NCBI GenBank assembly: GCA_038883655.1
Contig: JAVZLQ010000005.1
Coordinates: 10,854-74,853, forward strand
Direction of reading: 5' to 3'
Origin: Candidatus Bathyarchaeia archaeon
GTDB taxonomy: Archaea > Thermoproteota > Bathyarchaeia > Bathyarchaeales > Bathycorpusculaceae
Length of the DNA stretch: 64,000 nucleotides
Each line of letters opens with the position of its first letter. Position 1 is the stretch's first letter. Below the pieces are notes generated by a model, which was not told the origin of the DNA, did not search any database, and saw only the letters and a program-made list of their open reading frames with translations. The position numbers were made by a program, and so were the translations under genes. Positions 48,050-58,840 of the stretch are shown piece after piece.

Positions 48050-50251
48050 ATGTTAAGAAATAGGATAATTGCCTTAACGATATTGACTGCGCTTTCCGTA
48101 AGCATGTTAGCATTTGTAAGCTACATTGAACAGGTTGAAGCAACAGATGAAATAATTTACATTAATGCCGATGGCTCGATTACGCCGCCAGAGGCAAACA
48201 TAACCACAACCGACTATGTCACGTACACGTTTAATGGCACAAACTTTTATCCAATAGTTGTGAATAAAAGCAACATAATCATAAATGGAAACGGCTTCGC
48301 AGTTCAAGGCAAAAAAGTTTCTCAATCCTTTGGCATCTCCCTTTACAGCTTGAGCAATGTCACCATTGCAAACGTGACGGTTAAAGACTTTTATTATGGC
48401 ATTAAATTGAACGAGACAACTAATGTCAAAATTTTGGGAAGCTCCTTCAATAATACTATGGATAACCTTTGGGGCTACGACACTTACAAAACTACAATCT
48501 CTGGGAACCACATGACAGGAGGACACGATGGAATTTATTTCAGGTTTTCCTTTAGCGACACTATCTCTGGAAATAACATCACTGGAAACACTTATGCTGG
48601 CATACAACTAACAAATGCGCATAACACCACAATTTCTGAAAACAACATTTCAAAAAACAAGAAAAGCGGCTCCTCTAGTTACAGTATCCTAATTTACAGT
48701 TCAACAGATAACCAAATTTACGGCAATAATGTAACAGAAGGCTATTCTGGAATAAGTCTTATCGAATGCAACCAATCGAAGGTTTACCAAAACATCGTAG
48801 AAACACACGAGTGGATGGGAATAGTCCTTGCCAGATGTATAAACACTTTAATGTATAACAATTTGCTTAGTAACAATCATTATGGGCTCCATGTTGTTGC
48901 AGAAGAATTGGACCATTATATGCATTCCATTAACGCTTCAAACCTTATAGATGGCAAACCAACCTACTACCTAATCAACCAGCATCACTTAACTATTAAC
49001 GCGACAACACACCCAGAAGTTGGTTTCCTTGCCCTAATAAACTCAACAGATATCACCGTTGAAGGATTGAATATAACAGGAAGCGCAAAAGGAATTTTGG
49101 TAGCCTATACAAACAACATAGAAATCCAAAATAACAATCTCACGAACGACTACTATGGGATGTTCCTAGACAATTCTTTAAACATCACAATAATTAGAAA
49201 CATTATCCAAAAAACCGATCGAGGCATCTACATTACAAATGCCACGGATATCACGATTAGCGGAAACACTTTGAAAGATAGTGGTGATACCGAAATAGAA
49301 ATTTACTACTCTCCGAACTGCACAATCTCCAACAACGAGATAATAAGCAACGGTTATGGAATTAGAATTCTCTCTCATTCAAGCGCGGTTATTAGCGAAA
49401 ATAACATTTCGGCAATCGACACTTGCATTTCCATCGACGTTTCTGAAAGCATCATCCACGCAAACAACATAACGAACAGCTATACAGCAATCGACATCAG
49501 CACCTCTTCAAACAACATCATACGCAAAAACAACATAACGAATAACGAGTATGGCATCACGCTTTCACGTTCAAACAACACCCTCATATGCGAAAACAAC
49601 ATGGTGAACAACACCTATAGCATAGACCTTGGCAGATCAGAAAACAACACAATATACCACAACAACTTCATAAACAACACAAACCCAGCATACACATACC
49701 AGTCACCGTGCACATGGGACAACGGATATCCTTCTGGCGGAAACTACTGGAGCGACCATACAGGAGTTGACGCGGATTACGACGGCATCAGCGACATACA
49801 ATATACAATTGACGCAGAAAACATTGACAGATATCCACTTATGGGTCCAATCAACGTTTTTGACGCTGGAAGATGGGACGGTGCAGAGCAAAAAATCGAA
49901 ATCATAAGCAATTCAACAGTTTCGCATTTCCAACTGGACGTAGACCAGAAAAAGATAAGCTTTAACGTTACTGGAACGTCTGCAAGTGGTTTCTGCAGAA
50001 TAACAATTCCAAACATCATCATACAAGAATTGTGGCAAAACAACTACACTGTCCTATTAAACGGCGAATCATTAGACTTCATAAACTGGACATACGCCGC
50101 AGACACATACATATACGTTAACTATACACACTCAACGCATGAAATAGCAATAGTGCCAGAATTTCCATCAGTAGCAATGCCGCTTATACTAGGTGCGATC
50201 GCAGCGCTCACAATAATTCTCAAAAAGAAAACTAGAGCTAAACAATCCTAA
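48050..50251 (+). CDS. Secreted parallel beta-helix (NosD/CASH) protein with PEF-CTERM anchor
   Basis: Signal peptide, beta-helix repeats, GGNYWSD, VPEFP + TM + KKK. Confidence 0.87.
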   Translation: MLRNRIIALTILTALSVSMLAFVSYIEQVEATDEIIYINADGSITPPEANITTTDYVTYTFNGTNFYPIVVNKSNIIINGNGFAVQGKKVSQSFGISLYSLSNVTIANVTVKDFYYGIKLNETTNVKILGSSFNNTMDNLWGYDTYKTTISGNHMTGGHDGIYFRFSFSDTISGNNITGNTYAGIQLTNAHNTTISENNISKNKKSGSSSYSILIYSSTDNQIYGNNVTEGYSGISLIECNQSKVYQNIVETHEWMGIVLARCINTLMYNNLLSNNHYGLHVVAEELDHYMHSINASNLIDGKPTYYLINQHHLTINATTHPEVGFLALINSTDITVEGLNITGSAKGILVAYTNNIEIQNNNLTNDYYGMFLDNSLNITIIRNIIQKTDRGIYITNATDITISGNTLKDSGDTEIEIYYSPNCTISNNEIISNGYGIRILSHSSAVISENNISAIDTCISIDVSESIIHANNITNSYTAIDISTSSNNIIRKNNITNNEYGITLSRSNNTLICENNMVNNTYSIDLGRSENNTIYHNNFINNTNPAYTYQSPCTWDNGYPSGGNYWSDHTGVDADYDGISDIQYTIDAENIDRYPLMGPINVFDAGRWDGAEQKIEIISNSTVSHFQLDVDQKKISFNVTGTSASGFCRITIPNIIIQELWQNNYTVLLNGESLDFINWTYAADTYIYVNYTHSTHEIAIVPEFPSVAMPLILGAIAALTIILKKKTRAKQS

Positions 50252-50299
50252 AACCCAACATTTTTATCCACTTTTAGCTTCGCACGTCAACTTCTTTTT

Positions 50300-51235
50300 T
50301 TATGGCGCCTTGCTCAATTCGACTTCAAACTTGTATTCGCGTCCTCTTCGGAAAACGGCGATTTCCACTTTATCTCCAACTTTTCTGCTGTGAATTTCAT
50401 GAAGCAAATCCTCAATTCTATAAATGTCCTTTTCACCTATTCTCAAAATTATGTCGCCAGCAGCTATTCCAGCATTTTCCGCTGGGCTGTCCTCTGCCAC
50501 ACGTGTTACAAGAACACCATAGTCAAGTGGCAAATCATAGTAGCGTGCAAGTTCGCCCGTAATGCTTAAGCCAACTATGCCAAGCCAAGGTCTGGCGGAA
50601 ATCCCATTCGCTATTATTTCGTTTGTGCATTTCTTGGCTAGATTAATTGGAATTGCAAAGCCTATTCCCTGCGCAAAAGGGATAATCGCCGTGTTTATGG
50701 CAACAACTTTCCCCTCAAGGTCAACAAGCGGTCCGCCACTGTTTCCAGGGTTTATTGCAGCATCTGTCTGAACGAGGTTTTCCAAAAGGCCTCTCCGTGA
50801 CTCTATTGTTCGGTTAACGGCGCTGATAACGCCAGAAGTCACTGTTGGTCCGCCAGCCAAGCCGAAGGGATTTCCAATGGCGTAGACTCGCTGTCCAACA
50901 CGCAGCTTATCGGAATCGCCAAGCTCTGCTGCTGGCAAGTCTTTTGCGTTGACTTTTACAACAGCCATATCGTGAGCGGCGCATGAGCCAACAAGTTTTC
51001 CTTCCAAGATTTCGCCGTTCCAAAGCGTCACATCAATCTTTTCCGCACCGCCAACAACATGGTTGTTTGTTAAAATGTACCCTTTCGAGTCTATTATTGT
51101 TCCAGAACCCATCCCCTCAACTGGAACTGCTTGATAAAATATGTGATGGACAATTCTTATTGTGCTTATGTTCACAACACTCCTGCTGACTTTCTCCAAA
51201 ATGTCCAGAACTTTCTTCTCGTCAAAGGAAGACAA
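50300..51235 (-). CDS. HtrA/DegP-like serine protease with PDZ domain
   Basis: TNNHV, QTDAAINPGNSGGPL, PDZ domain. Confidence 0.93.
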   Translation of the reverse strand: MSSFDEKKVLDILEKVSRSVVNISTIRIVHHIFYQAVPVEGMGSGTIIDSKGYILTNNHVVGGAEKIDVTLWNGEILEGKLVGSCAAHDMAVVKVNAKDLPAAELGDSDKLRVGQRVYAIGNPFGLAGGPTVTSGVISAVNRTIESRRGLLENLVQTDAAINPGNSGGPLVDLEGKVVAINTAIIPFAQGIGFAIPINLAKKCTNEIIANGISARPWLGIVGLSITGELARYYDLPLDYGVLVTRVAEDSPAENAGIAAGDIILRIGEKDIYRIEDLLHEIHSRKVGDKVEIAVFRRGREYKFEVELSKAP

Positions 51236-51361
51236 ACTTTCACCATACTGAAGGTGTTAGATTCTTTTTGACTTAAGCTTAACTGTTTGACGCTTTTACT
51301 AGTTGGGCGAAGGTTTTAGGTAAGCTAAAATAACAACATTAACATTCTAGTCTAGAATTGG

Positions 51362-52237
51362 GTGTTCAAAGCAATGAAAGTCAGCATAGTCTCTTTAACT
51401 TGTTGCGCGGGATGCATATCATCACTGTTGAACGCTGGCGACGCCTTTCTCGAAATCCTTTCTGAAGACTTCGAAATAGTTTACTCTCCAACATTCATAG
51501 ACCTCAAGGAAATTCCAGAAGTCGATTTGGCAATTGTTGAAGGTGGAGTGCGAACACAAGCAGACGAAAACCTAATTATGGAAGTTCGCGCCAAATCAAA
51601 AGTTCTCGTTGCCCTTGGAATATGTGCTACTCACGGCGGAATAACAACCCTAGGCAACATAACATCCATCAAAAAGCTTCTCGAAAAAGAATATACGCTG
51701 ATAGACACAAGCAAGCTTCCAGAACTAAAGGATTTAATGTATCCAATATGTAACTTCGTCGACGTCGACTATTACATTCCAGGGTGCCCGCCCATGCCTT
51801 TCCTAATAATCCATAGCCTAAAAAGCATAGTAAGCGGAAAAACGCCGATGCGCCACCACAGCGTCGTATGCACAGAATGCCACAGAAAAATTGTTCCAGC
51901 AAAGCTCGACCACCTATATGGCGTTTATGAAAAGGAAGTTGATCCCGAACTCTGCCTAGTAAGCCAAGGCTTCGTATGTTTAGGTTCGCTAACGCGCGAA
52001 GGGTGTGGAGCACCATGCCCAAGGGCGGGCTTCACATGCTTTGGCTGCAGAGGACCAGCAGACTCGCTCTTGTATAGGTCTCGGGACATTTACGCATTAC
52101 TCGTCAAGGTCATATCCAAGCGTACAGGCATACCAGAAGAGACTGTCAAGAAAGAGTTGTATCGCAATCCATTCGTTTTTCACACTTTCATATTCTCCAA
52201 GTTTGAGCGTTTCAAGGCTAGGGAGAGGATAATTTGA
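51362..52237 (+). CDS. [NiFe]-hydrogenase small subunit (group 3, MvhG-like)
   Basis: CCAGC, GICATHGG, PGCPP, CTEC, CFGCRGP. Confidence 0.88.
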   Translation: MFKAMKVSIVSLTCCAGCISSLLNAGDAFLEILSEDFEIVYSPTFIDLKEIPEVDLAIVEGGVRTQADENLIMEVRAKSKVLVALGICATHGGITTLGNITSIKKLLEKEYTLIDTSKLPELKDLMYPICNFVDVDYYIPGCPPMPFLIIHSLKSIVSGKTPMRHHSVVCTECHRKIVPAKLDHLYGVYEKEVDPELCLVSQGFVCLGSLTREGCGAPCPRAGFTCFGCRGPADSLLYRSRDIYALLVKVISKRTGIPEETVKKELYRNPFVFHTFIFSKFERFKARERII

Positions 52238-53652
52238 GTCAAAAACGGGAAGTTACAATTTCACCAACAACAAGGATTGAAGGACACGGAAAAGTAACAA
52301 TAGTGCTAGACGAGGTAGGAAACGTTGCAGACGCATACTTTTACGCAACCGAAATTCGGGGGTTCGACTACTTTTTGAGGGGAAAGGAAGCTGAAAGACT
52401 CCCATTCATAATATCACGTATATGCGGAGTATGCTCAACAGCACACGTGCTGGCTTCTGCAAAAGCCATCGAAAACGCTTATTGTGTGGAAATAACCGAA
52501 ACGGCGAAAAAGCTCAGAGAGCTCTTGCTCATGGGACAAATAATAAGCAACCAATCGCTAGTGTTCTTTTTCTTAACACTGCCAGATTTTTGGTTCTCAT
52601 CGGAAGAAGACCCTTCAAAAAGAAACATTTTTCACATCATGCGAGAAAAACCAGAAATAGGAAGAAAAGCCATCGAATTAAGAAGTTTTGCGACGCAGAT
52701 ACTGAACATAATTGGAAAACGTGAAGTCCACATAGTCTCGGTAATACCAGGCGGAATAATCAGCCCAATGAGGGAGAAGGAACGCGAAATACTGCTCAAG
52801 ACATCAGAAGAAGCGTGCAAAATAACCAAAGAAGCAATAGAACTTGGAAAAGAGCTTTTTGAGAAAAACTGGCTTGAATTCAAAAAAGCAGGAGACTACA
52901 AGACGAATTACATGGCTTTAACGGACAACGGATCAATAGGATTTTACGAAGGAAAAGTAAAAGCGATAAACTCAGAAGGCGAAACGCTGTCAGAATTTGA
53001 CACACAGCAATACGTGGAGCACGTTGAAGAGAAACGTTTTGGGTGGACATATGCAAAATTCGCTTATTTGAAAGCTTTGGGATGGCCAAACGGCATAGTC
53101 CAGGTTGGACCAACGCCGAGGATTAACGTGAACAAGAGTGCGGCAACGAAATGTGCCGATGAAGAAATGAACGAGTTTAAGAGAAAGTTTGGAGATCCAG
53201 CCCACGCAACATTATTATTTGATTATGCTAGGCTGATAGACCTAATGTACGCTTGTGAAAGAGCAAGAGAAATCTTGGAGGATGAAAGCCTAACGCGGGA
53301 AGAAGTTAGAGTCAAAGTTAAACCAAAAAGGGGCAGAGGAATAGGCGTTGTTGAAGCCCCTAGGGGAACACTTGCACATGAATATGTGCTTACAGAACGC
53401 GGGCGACTCAAAAGCATGAAGCTAATAATACCAACACAAATAAACAATGCGGCAATAAACGTAAACGTCAAAGATGTAGCGGCCGAGTTTATACATAAAG
53501 GCGAGATTAAGCCTGGACTTTTAAACAGAATTGAGATGGTTATAAGAGCCTATGACCCATGCATCAAATGCGCAGCAAGAAGCGTCGGAGAAAACTTGCA
53601 CGTGGAAATCAGAAGTGTTGATGGTGAACTGTTGAAGGTTGTTTCAAGTTAA
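52234..53652 (+). CDS. [NiFe]-hydrogenase large subunit (group 3, MvhA/HoxH-like)
   Basis: TRIEGHG, RICGVC, EAPRG, YDPCIKC. Confidence 0.9.
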   Translation: MSQKREVTISPTTRIEGHGKVTIVLDEVGNVADAYFYATEIRGFDYFLRGKEAERLPFIISRICGVCSTAHVLASAKAIENAYCVEITETAKKLRELLLMGQIISNQSLVFFFLTLPDFWFSSEEDPSKRNIFHIMREKPEIGRKAIELRSFATQILNIIGKREVHIVSVIPGGIISPMREKEREILLKTSEEACKITKEAIELGKELFEKNWLEFKKAGDYKTNYMALTDNGSIGFYEGKVKAINSEGETLSEFDTQQYVEHVEEKRFGWTYAKFAYLKALGWPNGIVQVGPTPRINVNKSAATKCADEEMNEFKRKFGDPAHATLLFDYARLIDLMYACERAREILEDESLTREEVRVKVKPKRGRGIGVVEAPRGTLAHEYVLTERGRLKSMKLIIPTQINNAAINVNVKDVAAEFIHKGEIKPGLLNRIEMVIRAYDPCIKCAARSVGENLHVEIRSVDGELLKVVSS

Positions 53653-53835
53653 GATTTTTATGGCTTGCGTTGGGCAATTAAACTGGCACGTTCTGCACAA
53701 AATACAATTTTCCTCGTTTGTCACTCTAGGCTTAGTAGATTTTTCATCTTGAAAAACTGAGGTGGGACATATTTCTACGCAAATCTTGTCAAAGTCTCCA
53801 GAACACTTGCTGTAGTCGATTACTATTTTGACCAT
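53644..53835 (-). CDS. 4Fe-4S ferredoxin
   Basis: CVEICP and CILCRTCQFNCP. Confidence 0.88.
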   Translation of the reverse strand: MVKIVIDYSKCSGDFDKICVEICPTSVFQDEKSTKPRVTNEENCILCRTCQFNCPTQAIKILT

Positions 53836-53899
53836 GCTAAGCCCATTTGGAATAATGAAGGTTAAGCGCTATTAAACCTTTCTTACCACTTTGAAGGTT

Positions 53900-54829
53900 T
53901 CATAAGCTCAAAATCAAGAGCCACAAGTTCAAGTATATGGATGCTCCCAAAGAGGAAACCAGAATCAGCGAGGTAATAGTCTCTTTATAAAAGTTGTAGC
54001 GTTCGCTTAGGACAATCATTGAAACTGCAACTGGCACGCTGTGCATCACCACCAAAGTCGCAATCGACAGTTTTGGCAAACTAAAGAAAGAGGCTATTCC
54101 AAGGGCGATTAACGGCAAAAGCACTATTCGCAGCAAACTCAGCTTTAAGGCATCAGCAATATTGGAGTATTGCCTCCCGTACAAGAATACGCCGAGCATG
54201 AAAATTGCAACTGTTGCTGTGGTGCTTCCCAGCATGTGCAATGGAATAGAAAAGTAGTCTGGAATTTTCACGTTAGCTAGCGAGAAAACGAAACCGAGCA
54301 AAATTGACAGTATAAGCGGGTTTCTCGAAAGCCTCCTCGCAACAATTTTTAATCCCTCGCTTAACGAACCCTTCTCAAGCTTATACAACTCCAGAACAAT
54401 AATCGATGTGGAAACACTAATGATGGATATTGATGACGCCGCCAACGTTGCAAACGCTTCACCTTCGCCTGGAAACGCAAACATAACAAACGGTATGCCG
54501 AAGAATGCGAGACTTCCAAAAACCGTGCTTAAAATGAGAAGGTAAAGGGTGTCCTTCGAAAATCGAACAGTGTAATATAGGATAAGGTATATGGCAACCA
54601 CCAAAAGTATCGGCGTTACGCCAGCGGCGACAAAACGAATATTTTCTTCGTTAAATGTTGTTTCAGCCAAGTCCACAAAAAACAGTGCTGGCAAAGCAAA
54701 ATAGTACACATAAGCGCTAAGTATGCGCTCATCACCAGCCTTCAAAATCCCAATTTTTCTAGAAAGGAAACCTAAGCCCATCAAAAGAAAAATCGGGATT
54801 ACCGTGCGTAAAGCGACATCAAACTCCAT
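53900..54829 (-). CDS. AEC-family (auxin efflux carrier-like) transporter
   Basis: YYFALPAL, FFGIP, NPLI, multi-TM. Confidence 0.85.
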   Translation of the reverse strand: MEFDVALRTVIPIFLLMGLGFLSRKIGILKAGDERILSAYVYYFALPALFFVDLAETTFNEENIRFVAAGVTPILLVVAIYLILYYTVRFSKDTLYLLILSTVFGSLAFFGIPFVMFAFPGEGEAFATLAASSISIISVSTSIIVLELYKLEKGSLSEGLKIVARRLSRNPLILSILLGFVFSLANVKIPDYFSIPLHMLGSTTATVAIFMLGVFLYGRQYSNIADALKLSLLRIVLLPLIALGIASFFSLPKLSIATLVVMHSVPVAVSMIVLSERYNFYKETITSLILVSSLGASIYLNLWLLILSL

Positions 54830-54904
54830 TTTATCCCACGAATGGTATCCTAGAAAATTTTTAACCTTTCCCCAACGATAGAGTATTTGAGTCCGATGTC
54901 TCAT

Positions 54905-57037
54905 TTAAATCTTGTATTTTTTCGGATTTCTTTTGAATTCTTCTTCGCAATGTTTGGAGCAGAAGTAGACAATGCGTCCCTCATGCTCAATCTTGCTGTA
55001 GGCGGTTTCTGGCTCTATCTTCATTCCACACACAGGGTCTGTTACTAAACGTTTTTTCTCCATAAACTGCACCCCCCTTGGTTCATATTTTCTTAAAGTT
55101 TGAGCGTTTAAAGCAACTATAACCGTGCTTAGGGACATCACCAACGCGCCTATCCACGGAGGCAAGACAAAACCAAAATTGTAGAGAACACCAGCCGCTA
55201 AGGGTATAGTAACAATGTTGTAGCCGGCAGCCCACCAAAGATTCTGAATCATCTTTGAATATGTCTTTCTCGAAAGTTCTATTACTTTCGGGACGTCTCT
55301 CGGATCGTTCTTAACTAAGATTATATCTGCGCTTTCTATGGCTACATCAGTCCCAGCGCCTATGGCTATGCCCACATCCGCCGTGACAAGTGCCGGAGCA
55401 TCATTTATGCCATCTCCAACCATAGCCACCTTAAAGCCCCTTTCCTTTAGAAAACTAATTTTTTCCGCTTTCTTATCTGGCAAAACATGGGCAAAGTAAT
55501 CGTCTATGCCAAGTTTCTCGGCAACCAACTTGGCAACCTCCTGCGAATCACCAGTCAACATGTAAACCCTTATGCCCTTATCCTTAAGCTTCTTCACCGC
55601 CTCGTAGGATTCCTCTCTTATCTTATCTGATAGAGCAAATGCACCAGCAACTTTGCCATCAACCACCGTGAAAACTATGGTTTTGCCTTGCGCCATAAGC
55701 TCATCTATTCGTTGGTCATTGATTTTGACATTAATATCATCGAGAAGGTTTAGGCTTCCAACATACACCTCTCTTTTCCCCACTTTGCCATATGTGCCCC
55801 TTCCCGGAATTGCCCTAAAACTTCTGGCTTGTGGAATTTTTATACCCTTCTGCTGCACGTATGCGACTATCGCCTTTGCGATTATATGTTCAGAGTTCAA
55901 TTCGACGCTTGCAGTGAGCTTCAAAAGCTCATCTTCTGGGATAAACGCGACGGTGTCACTTACGCCGAAGCTGCCAAGCGTTAATGTACCAGTCTTATCA
56001 AAAACAACAGCGTTAACATCCTTAACCATCTCAAAGGCTCTTCTATCCCTAATTAGTATACCGCTTTTCGCCGTAATCGATGTGGAAAGGGCGACAACCA
56101 AAGGAATAGCCAAACCAAGCGCATGTGGACAAGCAATAACCATAACTGTAACAGCATTTTCAAGAGCCAAGCTTGGGTTCCCAAAAACATACCACACCGC
56201 ATAAGCGATTATAGCGACGGTTAAAGCGACATAAAACAGCAAGGCTGCAGCCCTATTCGCTAAATCTTGGGTTCTAGACTTGCTTTCTTGTGCTTGTCGC
56301 ACTAACTTTATGACTTGCGCCAAATAGGTGTCTTCGCCGGTCTTCTCTACAACCACTTTTAGCACGCCCTCGCCGTTTATTGCGCCGCCTATGACTTTGG
56401 AGTTTGCTTCCTTGTGAACTGGTTTTGATTCGCCAGTCAATAGGGCTTCATTAACGAAGGACTCGCCTTCTAGCACTATGCCGTCTGAAGGAATTTTTTC
56501 GCCTGGACGAACAAGAACAATGTCTTTTGGTTTGAGTTGCGAAACTGGGACATCCACTATTTCGCCATTTTTTAGTAAATGGGCGGTTGTCGGCATTATC
56601 CTTACAAGCTCTTCGAGCGCCGTTGAAGCGCCGAGGACACTTTTGGCTTCTATCCAATGCCCAAGAAGCATAACGTCTATTAGTGTGGCAAGTTCCCAGA
56701 AAAAGTCCATTCCGAGAGGCAAAAACACTGTTGCGGCGGAATAGAAGAACGCTACTGTTATTGCCATGCCAATGAGTGTCATCATTCCTGGGAGCCTAGC
56801 CCTAACTTCGTCAACCAAGCCCTTTAGAAATGGCCATCCGCCATAAACATAAACAATCGCGGAGAAAAGCAATAGCACGTAATTCTGGAACGGTACTAGG
56901 GTAATTTTGTTTCCAAAGATTAATGTTTGAATCATCTCTGAAAGTAGCAATATTGGGATTGTTAGTATGGCTGATATAAGGAGTTTCCTTTTAAATTGTG
57001 CCATGTGATGTGCATGGTGTGCGTGATGTCCGCTCAT
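54905..57037 (-). CDS. copB: Copper-translocating P1B-ATPase (CopB-type) with C-terminal YHS/TRASH domain
   Basis: His-rich N-terminus, CPH, DKTGT, GDGINDAP, DPVCGM...FCS..C. Confidence 0.9.
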   Translation of the reverse strand: MSGHHAHHAHHMAQFKRKLLISAILTIPILLLSEMIQTLIFGNKITLVPFQNYVLLLFSAIVYVYGGWPFLKGLVDEVRARLPGMMTLIGMAITVAFFYSAATVFLPLGMDFFWELATLIDVMLLGHWIEAKSVLGASTALEELVRIMPTTAHLLKNGEIVDVPVSQLKPKDIVLVRPGEKIPSDGIVLEGESFVNEALLTGESKPVHKEANSKVIGGAINGEGVLKVVVEKTGEDTYLAQVIKLVRQAQESKSRTQDLANRAAALLFYVALTVAIIAYAVWYVFGNPSLALENAVTVMVIACPHALGLAIPLVVALSTSITAKSGILIRDRRAFEMVKDVNAVVFDKTGTLTLGSFGVSDTVAFIPEDELLKLTASVELNSEHIIAKAIVAYVQQKGIKIPQARSFRAIPGRGTYGKVGKREVYVGSLNLLDDINVKINDQRIDELMAQGKTIVFTVVDGKVAGAFALSDKIREESYEAVKKLKDKGIRVYMLTGDSQEVAKLVAEKLGIDDYFAHVLPDKKAEKISFLKERGFKVAMVGDGINDAPALVTADVGIAIGAGTDVAIESADIILVKNDPRDVPKVIELSRKTYSKMIQNLWWAAGYNIVTIPLAAGVLYNFGFVLPPWIGALVMSLSTVIVALNAQTLRKYEPRGVQFMEKKRLVTDPVCGMKIEPETAYSKIEHEGRIVYFCSKHCEEEFKRNPKKYKI

Positions 57038-57078
57038 ACAAACCTCTTCTGTTGCTGGGGCTTAGGCGAAATCTATGA

Positions 57079-57094
57079 TATTACATATGTAATA
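57079..57094. promoter_or_regulatory. Perfect palindrome TATTACATATGTAATA containing a TACA-NN-TGTA cop-box
   Basis: About 42 nt upstream of the copB start. Confidence 0.55.
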
Positions 57095-57134
57095 AAAGTC
57101 TTTCGGAAAAACTATAGCGAAATTTACGGAGCCA

Positions 57135-57614
57135 TCAGCCCCCAGGCGCACCGTGAAATGGTACATTCTTCCAGAGGAGTTCCCACCAATCATCTTCTGT
57201 TATGGTTTCGCCTTTCACGAGAATCTCCAAAACCATCTTCAAAAGTTCGTGGTGCCGTCTTTCATCTGCCAAAATTGCATCTAACAAGAGCTTAACTTTC
57301 TCGTCTTCAACTTTGGGCAAAATCGCGCTTATCTTTTTTATGAGTTCAGCCTCCATCTGAATGTGCTTTTCAACAAGACGCCTATGCTCATCTAGGTGTT
57401 CTTGCGTTAGGGCTTGGGAAACTCTTGTTAGAAGTTCAACGGCTGCAGCATACATTTCCGCGTGCTTGACGGAATCAAGTGAAATACCCTTTAGTACTCC
57501 CTTAACTGGTGGGTTCTTTATTCCGACCAAGGCGTTGTTCAGGGAATCAACAATCTCATTTTCGACTTCTATCTGCTTTCTCATAAACTTCAATAATTCA
57601 TCTTTTGATTTCAA
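57135..57614 (-). CDS. Ferritin-like/rubrerythrin-domain protein
   Basis: Paired E...DSVKH and E...DERRH helices. Confidence 0.8.
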   Translation of the reverse strand: MKSKDELLKFMRKQIEVENEIVDSLNNALVGIKNPPVKGVLKGISLDSVKHAEMYAAAVELLTRVSQALTQEHLDEHRRLVEKHIQMEAELIKKISAILPKVEDEKVKLLLDAILADERRHHELLKMVLEILVKGETITEDDWWELLWKNVPFHGAPGG

Positions 57615-57642
57615 AACTTTTCACGCCCTCTTAGATAGAATG

Positions 57643-58086
57643 TTAAGCTACATGCATAAGTCTTTCGGCAATTTTCCGCCCAAAATCCACACATTTATCA
57701 AGTCCACTTTTATCAGGAGCATACTTAATCAGAAGCGAAGACTCGACCACAACCATGCCAAACCTATTCTTAAGTATCTCCAAAACCAACCGCGGCGCTT
57801 CACCACTCCAACCATAAGAACCAAAAGCAGCACCGAGTTTCCCACGCAAATCCACATTCTTAACAGCAATTTCCTCAAAGAAGTTCTTGATACTTAATGG
57901 CATATCATGATGGTACGTGGGAACGCCAAAAACCAGAGCGGCAAATGAAGCAAGCGCTTCTGGAGTAACATAATAGTTAATTTCAACATCAATTCCCTGA
58001 ACACTTTTAATGCCTTCAGCAACAGCTTTAGCCATAGCCTCAGTATTCCCAGTCCTACTATAATACAAAATAAGCACTCTGGGCAC
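57643..58086 (-). CDS. Flavodoxin-domain protein
   Basis: YYSRTGNTEAMA, PTY, AFGSYGWSGEA. Confidence 0.88.
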   Translation of the reverse strand: MPRVLILYYSRTGNTEAMAKAVAEGIKSVQGIDVEINYYVTPEALASFAALVFGVPTYHHDMPLSIKNFFEEIAVKNVDLRGKLGAAFGSYGWSGEAPRLVLEILKNRFGMVVVESSLLIKYAPDKSGLDKCVDFGRKIAERLMHVA

Positions 58087-58163
58087 GTGCGTCACCAAGT
58101 TTTCTATAGCCCAAATAATAATATGAAACTTTTGTAAAAAGGCAGTTAGGGAGGCGTATCCAT

Positions 58164-58361
58164 ATGCCAATAGTTCATGTAAACGTTTGGGAAGGATTTG
58201 GCGCAGAAAAAACCAAAATCCTGATACAGAATATAACAAGGGTCTTTGAAGATTTAGGCATACCAAAACATGCTGTTGAAGTTGTAGTTCACGAAATTCC
58301 AAAATCACATTGGGGAATAGGCGGAGAACCAGCATCAGAAAAATTCCCAAACCTAAAATAA
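58164..58361 (+). CDS. 4-oxalocrotonate tautomerase family protein
   Basis: N-terminal Pro; WGIGG. Confidence 0.88.
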   Translation: MPIVHVNVWEGFGAEKTKILIQNITRVFEDLGIPKHAVEVVVHEIPKSHWGIGGEPASEKFPNLK

Positions 58362-58492
58362 TCAGCTAACACTTTCCTCCTTTTTATGCTGTTGGAGCGT
58401 TTGGAACGGCTTGTACCAGTAGAAATATGACTTAAATCGTAATATAGGTTAAATCTTTTAAAGGGTTTAGGCTATAATAGAATAGCGAAAGT

Positions 58493-58840
58493 TTGGTGTT
58501 TAATATGGTTAAGAGTGGAGAAGAGGAGAAGATTCGGCGCATATTGACTGATCCGAAGCTTTCTGCGATTAAGGCTATGCTGGAGAAGGATCATGCGATT
58601 GACTGCATCTTCCTGCTTTACATGGAGCGAGGCAAGTGGAAGGAAGCTAAGGAGTTTATGCGGGCGAATGGGTTGACGCTTAGTGATGGTACTTTTAGGG
58701 CTAGGATGATTGAGATTGAGGAGTTGGGACTGGCTAAGGGCGAGCGCATTGACCCTTTGAAGAAGAAGTATTTGAAGACCGAGCTTGGCGAGAAGGTGGC
58801 GAAGCTTCTGTTGGAGTTCTTTGATAAGCTTGAGCGTTAG
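58493..58840 (+). CDS. Winged-helix transcriptional regulator
   Basis: GTFRARMIEIEELGL...YLKTELG. Confidence 0.72.
   Translation: MVFNMVKSGEEEKIRRILTDPKLSAIKAMLEKDHAIDCIFLLYMERGKWKEAKEFMRANGLTLSDGTFRARMIEIEELGLAKGERIDPLKKKYLKTELGEKVAKLLLEFFDKLER

Noticed and set aside
57643-58350. 235-aa N-terminally extended flavodoxin in the ORF track
   Set aside because: The extension is antisense to the tautomerase gene; the real start is probably GTG at 58086
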